Below are positions 46,478 to 55,424 of a stretch of DNA of 59,423 nt, piece after piece. The position numbers and the translations under genes are program-made. The DNA comes from a virus. A model generated the notes under the pieces. That model was not told where the DNA came from, made no database searches, and worked only from the letters and a program-made list of their open reading frames with translations. The number at the start of each line of letters is the position of its first letter. The first letter of the stretch is position 1. The DNA is taken from IMG/VR virus record IMGVR_UViG_3300000271_000010, positions 72,958 to 132,380 of that record; one strand, given 5' to 3'.

Positions 46478-47332
46478 ATGAAATCTATCAGCATCGAGCT
46501 TTCTAACCATCTTGATGGCGAGGTCACCACCTTGGCGTCGTGCTGGCGCGTGGTCCGACGGGACGGCCGAGAGTTTTATTTCACGGACCACGATCAGGAT
46601 ATCGTTTTCGAAGGAAACACCTACGAAGCGGAATCCAGCTATGATCGGACGGCTGTGGCAAACGGCTCCGACATGAGCGTCGATAACATGGATGTGTCCG
46701 GCATCCTTGATTCTGAAAAGATCAGCGAAGAGGAGATGCGTAACGGTCTGTTCAATCGAGCAGACGTTTACATCTTCATCGTCAATTGGATGCATCCGGA
46801 ATATGGTCCACTAAAGGTCCGGCGAGGATGGTTTGGTGAGGTAACAATTACCGACACCGGGATGTTCACGACTGAAATTCGCGGGCTCGCACAAGCGCTT
46901 TCGCACAACTTCATCGAAGTCTACGCCGCTGAGTGCCGAGCCGACTTCTGTGATTTTCGTTGCAAACTCAACATCGCAGATTACGAGATTCCCACCACAG
47001 TCCGGTTGGCTCTCAGCCGCGACCAATTAGCCCTTCCGGTTGATTTTGTGGAGCCCAGCCAAGGGTTGGTCCCCGGAACTATTCGCTTTGTTGATGGTGA
47101 CAACGCCGGAAGAACCGTCGAGATCACTGGGTATAACGCGACCACCCAAACGGTAGAGTTATTTGAAAGCGTGGCTTACACCATCGATGCTGGGACACAA
47201 ATTGTGGTAGCTCCCGGATGCGATGGTTCGCTCGATAGCTGCAAGAGTTACAACAATGTCATTAACCGCCGGGCCGAAGATTATGTTCCGGGGAATGACG
47301 AACTGATGAAGTATCCAGATGCCCAACAGTGA
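46478..47332 (+). CDS. GTA-like tail hub protein (DUF2163/BR0599)
   Basis: TTLASCWRVVRRDG..FTDHD, CRADFCDFRC and PGCDGSLDSCKSYNN. Confidence 0.9.
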   Translation: MKSISIELSNHLDGEVTTLASCWRVVRRDGREFYFTDHDQDIVFEGNTYEAESSYDRTAVANGSDMSVDNMDVSGILDSEKISEEEMRNGLFNRADVYIFIVNWMHPEYGPLKVRRGWFGEVTITDTGMFTTEIRGLAQALSHNFIEVYAAECRADFCDFRCKLNIADYEIPTTVRLALSRDQLALPVDFVEPSQGLVPGTIRFVDGDNAGRTVEITGYNATTQTVELFESVAYTIDAGTQIVVAPGCDGSLDSCKSYNNVINRRAEDYVPGNDELMKYPDAQQ

Positions 47333-47735
47333 TGATCTGATTGCAGCCGCCCGAGCTTATCTTGGCATCAAGTGGCGACACCAAGGACGAAACCGGATGG
47401 GTGTGGACTGCGTTGGTTTGGTGCTTTGCAGCCTGAACGATATCGGCATTCCTGCACCTGACATGCAAGGATACCGGCGCACACCCGATCCCATCTTTGT
47501 GGAACACATCCGCAACAATTCGCTCCCCAGCAATGAGATGCGGCCGGGCAACTTAGGCATTTTCCGGGACGGAACGCAGCCTTGTCACGTCGGTATTTTC
47601 GCAACTCTTCATGGACAAACTTCGTTGATCCACGCTTACGCCGGAACCGGCTTGGTGATGGAAGAAGTTTTCATCCACGATTGGCCTAAGAAGCTGATCG
47701 AAACCCGCTCCTTCTTAGGACTTGAATACATCTAA
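47319..47735 (+). CDS. NlpC/P60 tail-associated peptidase
   Basis: AARAYLGIKWRHQGR..GVDCVGL, HVGI and IHAY catalytic motifs. Confidence 0.9.
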   Translation: MPNSDDLIAAARAYLGIKWRHQGRNRMGVDCVGLVLCSLNDIGIPAPDMQGYRRTPDPIFVEHIRNNSLPSNEMRPGNLGIFRDGTQPCHVGIFATLHGQTSLIHAYAGTGLVMEEVFIHDWPKKLIETRSFLGLEYI

Positions 47736-50700
47736 TGGGTCAGCTTGTAACCACAATTGTAGGCGGCGTCGTTGGCTTCGCAATCGGCGGGCCTTTAGGG
47801 GCTCAGGTCGGTATGATGCTGGGCGGGATGCTCGGTGCCACTCTGTTTGGTCCGACTGTCCAAGGCCCGCGCCTAAACGATCTTAAGGTTACTGCATCCA
47901 CCTATGGGGTGGCTATCCCGGAAATTTTCGGGACAGTCCGAGTTGGTGGGAATCTGATCTGGTCCAGTGGGATCAAAGAGACCAAGAAAACTTCACGCCC
48001 CGGTAAGGGCGGTCCGAAGCAGACCACCTATTCTTACGACGCTACGTTCGCGATGGCCCTGTGTAAGGGCGAGGTTGCAGAGATTCTTCGCATCTGGGCC
48101 GATAGTAAAATAATCTATGACAAAACTGGTGGAACTACCAGAACACCTGCAAGCAGCGGGGGTAGTGTCTTTGATACATTGGTGGTGGAACTGATCACCG
48201 CAAAGAAGAAAAAGAAAAACATCAACCTTCGTCTTTATCGCGGCGATGAAACACAAACACCTGACTCGTTGATCGAAGCGGACAAGGGTGTTGGTAATGT
48301 ATCAGCACACCGAGGACTCGCTTATGTGGTGTTCGAACGGTTGCAGTTGGAGAACTTCGGTAATCGCATCCCGCAGATGACTTTCGAGGTCACAAAAGCA
48401 GCAACCAAAAGGTTGTCTGCTCTACCAGTGCGTGACCGAGACGGTGATATTGAGGACACAAGCGATCGTCAATGGCTGCCTGATTTTGATTCCGGCCGGC
48501 TTCTGAGCTTTGAAGACTCAGCCACGACAACCCGCCTCTATAATCTGTCAGACAACACGTTGGTGGCCGAAGAGCCCCTGATGAATTTTAATCTGACCGA
48601 CCGTGCCTATTCGTTGGTCGAAGGACAGAACACTTTATTGGTCGCGAACCACCCTGCTGGGATCGGGATTTCCAACTACAACACAGCTATCCTGACGCAG
48701 GTCAAGGGATACCACACCGCGAGCGGAACAGCCAACGTATGGGACCCGGTTGATCAAGTAATCACCTTGTCTACCACAGGGGCGCTCGGCCATGGGCGTT
48801 TTGTGGCGGGGGAAGCTGGCGGCGTGCATGTCGTTCATAGTGACACTTCTGGAACCACTTTCCTTATGGATGGCGAAGGTCGTCTTCTGAATGAATTTGA
48901 AGCCCCTTTCTATCCTGATGTCTACCTTGAAGCGCGTCGCAACGCAAACTTCTCGCAGATCGTTGGCTGGCGGTTTGCTAATGATCGTCTCGAAATGTTC
49001 GAGGTCAAGACTCCTTCTTCGGCGACCTACACCACGATCTTGGAAGGTATGGAAGAAGTCTGGGTGCCTTACGAGGACTTCACCGTTACGACCACAAACC
49101 TCAAGCCGTATCCTGATGAGAAGTTCCAACCACTGGTCCTGATCTACGATCCGACGGACGATCATTTATTCTGCCTAGGGGTGAACCCTGACAAATATAA
49201 TGATCCCGATTCCTTCGGTAACGGGGGTGGTGTCATTGTTTTCAAATACTCACTTGCCACCAGCACTTACAAGTTCTTGGTGAAGCACGAAGGTGCGCCA
49301 GTCCCGCGTGGATTGACGCAGAACATGCGAGTCTCTCGTATCGCTGGTGGCACGTTCGGGTGGGTAGGAAAACCGGTTGTTGGGTCCCCCACGGTCATTC
49401 AAGTCGGGCTCCAAACAGGAAGTCTTGAAAACCTGCTGGAGACAACAGACGACTTCGGCTCAGGTCTGACCGGAGACGGCGATCAATACTGGGATGATGA
49501 AACCGATACCATCTTCGCGCCTCGTGATACCGGTAGTGGCATAAACAACTACCGGCTGCAAGTCAGTGACAGCATTTCACAAGTCACGGTTCCGGCAATC
49601 ATTGAGGAAATCTGCGTCCGCACAGGCATTCTGACTGCCGAAGATATTGACATCAGCGAATTGGAAGAACTCCCGCTGGTGGGATATTCGTTGGATCGTA
49701 TGACAACAGCACGAGATGCTTTGAAGCAGATGGCAACTGCCTTCCTCTTCGACGGCTACGAGAGCGATTACAAGCTCAAGTTCCGCTCTCGGGGAGGTGA
49801 CTCTGTGGTGAACATCCCCGAAGACTGGATCGTTCGAAATGGCGAAGACGGTGTTATCAAAGAGAGCCTGACTCAAGAGCTTGAAATGGCTGTGCGGATC
49901 AGTATCAACTACTACGACATCGAACGGGATCACCAACAGAACAGCCAAACCGCAAAGCGCAAGGTTGCCCCTTACCCGACCATGTGGACGGCTAAGGAGG
50001 ACTTGATCGACCTACCGATTACATGGGACGCGGACTCGGCCAAGCAGTGTGCAGAAAAGCTGCTCAAGATGGCATGGGCAAACCGAATCGGGCATCAATT
50101 CAGCTTGCCGTGGCGCTACCTGAAATATGATCCGACGGATGTGATCACCATCACGATGGAAAACCAAACGGTCTACAATCTGCGACTGACCGAAGCTAAC
50201 ATCGGGTCTGATTTCTCCATCGAAGGTTCGGCGGTAACTGAGGTTGCGACTGCATACGTCTCGACGGCACAGGGTGTGCGTTCACCATCTCCAGTCCAAT
50301 CGCTGGAAGGGGATGGCAGCGCTTTCCCGATCATCATGAACACGCCGCTGCTACGCGACGTGGATTATGACACTTCGGGCTCGTCGATCTGTTATTTCTC
50401 AGCAGGGACCAATGAGGTTAACTTTAATGGCGCTGCTGTCTACATAGACAATGGTGCGGATTATCAAGCTATTGGGGTGGTTGATAGTCAGACCACAACC
50501 GGTTATGTTGCCAACACACTACCGAACACCACAAGCTATGAGGCTACCGATGAGACCACTGTTCTGAGGGTCCGCCTGTCGGACCCGAGCATGGAGCTTG
50601 AGTCTGTAACTCAAGACGACATCTTGAATTTCGAAGCTAATTCAGCTTTGGTAGGTAAGGAAATCATCCAGTTCCGGGATGCTGAGTTACTGCCTTCTGG

Positions 50701-51334
50701 TGAGTGGGCTTTGACTGGAATCCTACGGGCACGACGCGGAACCAACTACGCCGTGAATAACCACCAGCGGGGCGAAACCTTCCTTCTTGTTAACAGCCTT
50801 TCGACTAGCAAGTTCTCAAGACCGCCGGAAAGCTATGTGACAACCCGTCTGTTTAAGGCGGCCCCTCTGTCGGTGACACTGGCTGATGTTGTTCCAGTTT
50901 CTGTGGACTTAATCCCCCGCGATCTGATGCCTTACACCCCTGAGGCTGTAAAAGTCACAGATGATGGCACAGATGTGGTGATCTCGGCCGAACGCCGATC
51001 GAGGGTCACAGCGTCCCTACGGGATGGTGTAAGCACGATCCACTACAAGGAAGGGGATATGCTCAGCGCTCGTATTGTGACTAAGGTCTGGTTCGGTAAG
51101 GGTATTGCAGATGTGGGTAACGTTGGAGAACCTGATCTGACCCTGACTAACTATCTGTTCGACGGCGCAGGTGTGGATATTCCCGTCGAAGCGACCTTTA
51201 CCGTCGCGTCGTTGGGCTCTGAGGACGTGATCCTCATCCAAATGGCCGAGATCGGTGAGGTAGAAGGGACTCCTAAGTGGGTGCAGGCAACCCGGTATGG
51301 TGAGGACATCTGGGACCTCCGTGAATTATATTGA
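47735..51334 (+). CDS. GTA-like central tail / host-specificity protein, copy 1
   Basis: GPRLNDLKV..YGVAIP..GTVRVGGNLIW, AHRGLAYVVF..FGNRIP and LRARRGT motifs. Confidence 0.9.
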   Translation: MGQLVTTIVGGVVGFAIGGPLGAQVGMMLGGMLGATLFGPTVQGPRLNDLKVTASTYGVAIPEIFGTVRVGGNLIWSSGIKETKKTSRPGKGGPKQTTYSYDATFAMALCKGEVAEILRIWADSKIIYDKTGGTTRTPASSGGSVFDTLVVELITAKKKKKNINLRLYRGDETQTPDSLIEADKGVGNVSAHRGLAYVVFERLQLENFGNRIPQMTFEVTKAATKRLSALPVRDRDGDIEDTSDRQWLPDFDSGRLLSFEDSATTTRLYNLSDNTLVAEEPLMNFNLTDRAYSLVEGQNTLLVANHPAGIGISNYNTAILTQVKGYHTASGTANVWDPVDQVITLSTTGALGHGRFVAGEAGGVHVVHSDTSGTTFLMDGEGRLLNEFEAPFYPDVYLEARRNANFSQIVGWRFANDRLEMFEVKTPSSATYTTILEGMEEVWVPYEDFTVTTTNLKPYPDEKFQPLVLIYDPTDDHLFCLGVNPDKYNDPDSFGNGGGVIVFKYSLATSTYKFLVKHEGAPVPRGLTQNMRVSRIAGGTFGWVGKPVVGSPTVIQVGLQTGSLENLLETTDDFGSGLTGDGDQYWDDETDTIFAPRDTGSGINNYRLQVSDSISQVTVPAIIEEICVRTGILTAEDIDISELEELPLVGYSLDRMTTARDALKQMATAFLFDGYESDYKLKFRSRGGDSVVNIPEDWIVRNGEDGVIKESLTQELEMAVRISINYYDIERDHQQNSQTAKRKVAPYPTMWTAKEDLIDLPITWDADSAKQCAEKLLKMAWANRIGHQFSLPWRYLKYDPTDVITITMENQTVYNLRLTEANIGSDFSIEGSAVTEVATAYVSTAQGVRSPSPVQSLEGDGSAFPIIMNTPLLRDVDYDTSGSSICYFSAGTNEVNFNGAAVYIDNGADYQAIGVVDSQTTTGYVANTLPNTTSYEATDETTVLRVRLSDPSMELESVTQDDILNFEANSALVGKEIIQFRDAELLPSGEWALTGILRARRGTNYAVNNHQRGETFLLVNSLSTSKFSRPPESYVTTRLFKAAPLSVTLADVVPVSVDLIPRDLMPYTPEAVKVTDDGTDVVISAERRSRVTASLRDGVSTIHYKEGDMLSARIVTKVWFGKGIADVGNVGEPDLTLTNYLFDGAGVDIPVEATFTVASLGSEDVILIQMAEIGEVEGTPKWVQATRYGEDIWDLRELY

Positions 51335-51382
51335 CAACCACCGACATTTTAACTATACCCAACTCTTTATTTAGGAAAGCTA

Positions 51383-51784
51383 ATGCCGACCACCCCTCTA
51401 CTCGGGCTTCCGCAGGTCTCGGGCTCCCAGAACAACAAAGAAATCACCATCAACGATGCGATCCTCGGACTGGAAAACGCAGTAAGCCGACGGCTGGTGG
51501 TCTCGCTCGCATCTGGTAGCCCGGTCACCTTGTCAGAAGGACAGGCCACCAGTAATTTCATCTACATCGCAACTGCGGCCTCAGGAGCCAGCACGCTCCG
51601 CTTCCCGAACCAAATCGGCGGCGTTAATATGGATCGTGCGTTTTGTGTTAGGAACACCAGCGGAGCGGCGCTGACTGTCCAGTTTGTTTCTGGGGCAGGG
51701 GCTGCGGTAGAAATCCCAGACGGACAATCGCGTTTGATCCTCGCTATCGACGGGGCAGACATGGTGGCTGTGACCGGCGCTTAA
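51383..51784 (+). CDS. short paralogue of the tail fibre N-terminal domain
   Basis: MPTTPLLGLPQV..KEITINDAI..GQSRLI..DGADM matches the first ~130 aa of 55425..58580. Confidence 0.8.
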   Translation: MPTTPLLGLPQVSGSQNNKEITINDAILGLENAVSRRLVVSLASGSPVTLSEGQATSNFIYIATAASGASTLRFPNQIGGVNMDRAFCVRNTSGAALTVQFVSGAGAAVEIPDGQSRLILAIDGADMVAVTGA

Positions 51785-51820
51785 GCCGACCCTCCTTCAT
51801 TCTCAGAGCATAATTAATAT

Positions 51821-54800
51821 ATGGGTCAACTTATTACCACTGTGGTGGGAGGCGTTGTCGGCTTCCTGATTGGCGGTCCCGCTGGGGCCGCTATTGGTAT
51901 GTCTCTCGGGGGTCTGGTAGGGGCTACCTTGTTCGGGCCAACCATCAAGGGCCCCCGCCTCAACGACCTGAAAGTCTCGTCTTCGACGATTGGTATCGCT
52001 ATCCCGGAAGTCTATGGGACAGTGAGGCTCAGCACAAACCTGATTTGGACAACAGGAATCAGGGAAACAAAGAACACTCGTCGCCAAGGTAAGGGTGGTC
52101 CTAAGATCGAAACCTATTCCTATGATGCCTCCTTCGCACTCGGTCTCTGTAAGGGCCCGATCCGCGAGGTGTTACGCATCTGGGCAGACAGTAAGCTGAT
52201 CTACGATGTGAGCAACAACGGAACCCGCAACCCATTGGCGGCCGGTCAGACAGGCATCTTGGCTCCTATCCTCCTTGCCTTCCGGCCGGGAAGCAACAAA
52301 AAACGCCGGGTAAACCTACGCATCTACCTAGGGACGGAAGAACAGCTTCCAGACTCCTTGATCGAAGCAGATAAGGGCGTTGGGAATGTCTCGGCACACC
52401 GAGGCATGTGCTATCTTGTGTTCGAAGACTTCCCGCTTCTGGACTTTGGTAACCGCATTCCGCAGTTCACGGTCGAGTTGACTAAGGCCCCGGCCGAAGC
52501 TTTTCCGTCTGTTGAGGTAAAAGAAGGACCAGCCGGAGACCCAGAGAAGATCACTCAAAGAAATTGGTTCCCAGATTGGGAGCATGACAAGATTTTTTCC
52601 AGTGTATTCTCTAACGATACAGAGGATTTCTACACGGAAGTATTTGATCTTAACACCATGCAATTACAGCAAAGGTGGGATAGATCAAGTATGGCGTTCT
52701 TTGGACGCTATGGGTTTGCTCCTTGGGCCGGTGTGTTCTTTAAGGACGACAGCGGAGGAAACTCGCGACAACTTGGAGTCTATAGCCTATCGTCGGGTGC
52801 CCGGATCGACTTGTTTGGACGGTCCTCTCGATCTGTCGCTGGTTACTACATTGAAAGCGGACCTAATAAAGGCGCGCTTGCGTTGAATGCTAATTTCGGC
52901 CTCCACGCTTCTCTGACTCAGGATGGAAAATTTCTCCTATTAGCAGGTTATAGAAGTAATTGGATTTTATCCGCTTCCGGACAACCGCTCGGATTTTACG
53001 ATCCGCCGTGGGGAGCTTCTTATACCTTACCAGCGCTTGGGTCTGTATGGGGCTGGCGAAATGGAAATGGCGGCCTACAGCTTGCTGATTTGATAAGTGG
53101 CGCACTCAATAAATATACTCTAGCGCCACCACAAGGCGATGGAGATGTATACTGGGTTCAAGGAGGCGGTTATGCTTACGACGTAACTTTACGTCCTCTC
53201 CCGGCGGAGACTTTCATAGCTTCGGTTTGTCTGTTCGATCCATCGGACGGGCACTTTTTCGTTATCGGAGAATCGAACAACGGTTCGAGAGATATCCCGG
53301 TTGCTTTCAAGTATAGCCCACTTACTGGGTTATATAAATTCATCAACGCTGATCCGGAAATTCTAGTTCCTAAAAGTGCGATGGAATGGACCAGACTGAA
53401 TGGAGGAACTTTCGGGCAGATCGCAAGTCGATTGAATCGACAAAAACCGAACTTACAACAGATCAACCTACAAACTGGAGAACTCGTAAGGGATTCTGTA
53501 TACGGCTCCACTTGGGGCGGTGCTGTTTTTGTTAGCGGCACTCAGCACTGGGATGATGTTAGCAGTAGTGTCGTTGTAGAAACGCGAGAGAACTATCGTA
53601 GAATTTGGTTTAACTCCAATGCAAAAGCGGTCCGCCTGTCTGATGTTGTGCGAGACATAGCTACAAAAACCAATGTTCTGACTGTTGATGATGTCGATAC
53701 GACAAACCTCTTTGATCAAGAGATCATGGGGTTTGCAATCGATCGTCAGTCGTCGGCTGCGGAGGCTATGAAGCTACTCGCGACAGGCTATATGTTCGAT
53801 GCTTACGAGAGCGATTACAAGCTCAAGTTTCGAACGCGTGGGAGGGATTCCGAGGTTGTTATCCCAGAAGACTGGATAGCCCGCACAGGCGAGGAAGCGA
53901 TCAAGGAGAACTTGATTCAAGAGCTTGAGATGCCTCTCAAGATCAGCGTCAATTACTATGACACCTCGCGTGATCATCAACAAGGGACACAATCTTCTCG
54001 GCGCAACGCGGGGCCGATCCCGACTATGTGGACGACGAAGGAGGACGTGGTAGACCTACCGCTGGTCTGGACCCCAGATATGGCAAAGCAATCATCCGAC
54101 AAACTCCTCAAGATGGCGTGGGCTAACCGGATGGGCCTGCAATTTACCCTACCGTGGAGATACCTGAAATACGAGCCGAGCGACGTGATTACGATCACAA
54201 CCTCCACGGCCGCTTATTTTGCACGCCTAACTGAAACAACGATCGGAATGGATTTTTCGATCGAGGCTGCTGCTGTTTCTGAGAAAGCCGGTGCTTACGT
54301 ATCGACAAAAAGAGGGAGCGTTACCGAGTCCCCTATCCAAACGATTGATAATGGTTACCCTGCTTTTCCTATCGTTATTAATACTCCCCTCCTGAGAGAT
54401 GAGGATTATGATTCGAGCGGAGCTTCTGTGTGTTTTGTCTCTGCCGGAACCAGAGCTTATACTTTCACCGGTGCCGCAATCTACGTCTACGACGGATTGG
54501 AAGATCAGCGCATTGGCTTCATCGGAGAAGACACGGTAAGAGGGGTGACGGTTAACGCACTACCCTATACGACCGCTTATGAAGCGACTGATGAAACCAG
54601 TGTCTTGATAGTGGTGTTGACCAATCCGAATGACGAGCTTGAGTCGGTAACGCAGTTGGATATGCTCAACTACGATATGAATGCGGCTATCGTGGGCGAC
54701 GAAGTAATTCAGTTCCGGGAAGCTACCCAACAACCAAATGGAGAGTGGTGGCTGACTGGTCTTCGCCGGGCTCGTCGTGGGACTAATTATGCCTTGAAAA

Positions 54801-55375
54801 ATCATAAACCAAACGAGACATTCCTGTTGCTTGAACCACAAGCGATCACTTCTTTCCTGCGTCCGCCTGAATCATATGTGACCACGACGGAGTTTCGGGC
54901 TGTCACTGCCGGTCAATCGATCGGCGATGCTGTGCCAGTCATAGCCTCGCTCCAGCCCCGCGATCTGATGCCCTATACTCCCGAAGATGTGAAGATCGAC
55001 GACAACGGCACGGATGTGACTATCACTGTCCAGCGCCGTTCGCGGATCATCGCACCCTTGCGAGACGGTATCAGCAACATCCACTTCAAAGAAGGTGCTA
55101 AACAAACATCAAAAATCCACTGCCAGATTTGGCCCGGCCGAGGTTTCGAAGTGATCGATACAAACACACCACCGACTTTTGTCGAGAATGTGCCTATCTT
55201 CGATTCGAACGGACAAGACATGGAGTTGGAAATTAGCTTCCCGCTCACGTCACTGGGCTCGGCAACTGAGTTCGTAGCCCGGATCACGGAACAAGGTGTG
55301 GTCGATGGAATTGCCAAGTGGGTCTACTTCGAGCGGCTAGGTGAGGGCCGGTGGAATCAAACTGAATTTTATTGA
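51821..55375 (+). CDS. GTA-like central tail / host-specificity protein, copy 2
   Basis: N- and C-terminal regions closely similar to copy 1; central region divergent. Confidence 0.9.
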   Translation: MGQLITTVVGGVVGFLIGGPAGAAIGMSLGGLVGATLFGPTIKGPRLNDLKVSSSTIGIAIPEVYGTVRLSTNLIWTTGIRETKNTRRQGKGGPKIETYSYDASFALGLCKGPIREVLRIWADSKLIYDVSNNGTRNPLAAGQTGILAPILLAFRPGSNKKRRVNLRIYLGTEEQLPDSLIEADKGVGNVSAHRGMCYLVFEDFPLLDFGNRIPQFTVELTKAPAEAFPSVEVKEGPAGDPEKITQRNWFPDWEHDKIFSSVFSNDTEDFYTEVFDLNTMQLQQRWDRSSMAFFGRYGFAPWAGVFFKDDSGGNSRQLGVYSLSSGARIDLFGRSSRSVAGYYIESGPNKGALALNANFGLHASLTQDGKFLLLAGYRSNWILSASGQPLGFYDPPWGASYTLPALGSVWGWRNGNGGLQLADLISGALNKYTLAPPQGDGDVYWVQGGGYAYDVTLRPLPAETFIASVCLFDPSDGHFFVIGESNNGSRDIPVAFKYSPLTGLYKFINADPEILVPKSAMEWTRLNGGTFGQIASRLNRQKPNLQQINLQTGELVRDSVYGSTWGGAVFVSGTQHWDDVSSSVVVETRENYRRIWFNSNAKAVRLSDVVRDIATKTNVLTVDDVDTTNLFDQEIMGFAIDRQSSAAEAMKLLATGYMFDAYESDYKLKFRTRGRDSEVVIPEDWIARTGEEAIKENLIQELEMPLKISVNYYDTSRDHQQGTQSSRRNAGPIPTMWTTKEDVVDLPLVWTPDMAKQSSDKLLKMAWANRMGLQFTLPWRYLKYEPSDVITITTSTAAYFARLTETTIGMDFSIEAAAVSEKAGAYVSTKRGSVTESPIQTIDNGYPAFPIVINTPLLRDEDYDSSGASVCFVSAGTRAYTFTGAAIYVYDGLEDQRIGFIGEDTVRGVTVNALPYTTAYEATDETSVLIVVLTNPNDELESVTQLDMLNYDMNAAIVGDEVIQFREATQQPNGEWWLTGLRRARRGTNYALKNHKPNETFLLLEPQAITSFLRPPESYVTTTEFRAVTAGQSIGDAVPVIASLQPRDLMPYTPEDVKIDDNGTDVTITVQRRSRIIAPLRDGISNIHFKEGAKQTSKIHCQIWPGRGFEVIDTNTPPTFVENVPIFDSNGQDMELEISFPLTSLGSATEFVARITEQGVVDGIAKWVYFERLGEGRWNQTEFY

Positions 55376-55424
55376 CAGACACCGACATTTTCGCTATACA
55401 CTCACTCCCGCATAGAGAGACTTA

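Noticed and set aside
45872-51334. Chromosomal gene transfer agent cluster
   Set aside because: The tail-tip genes are GTA-like, but the long tape measure, distinct head genes, PhoH and early array indicate a genuine large phage.
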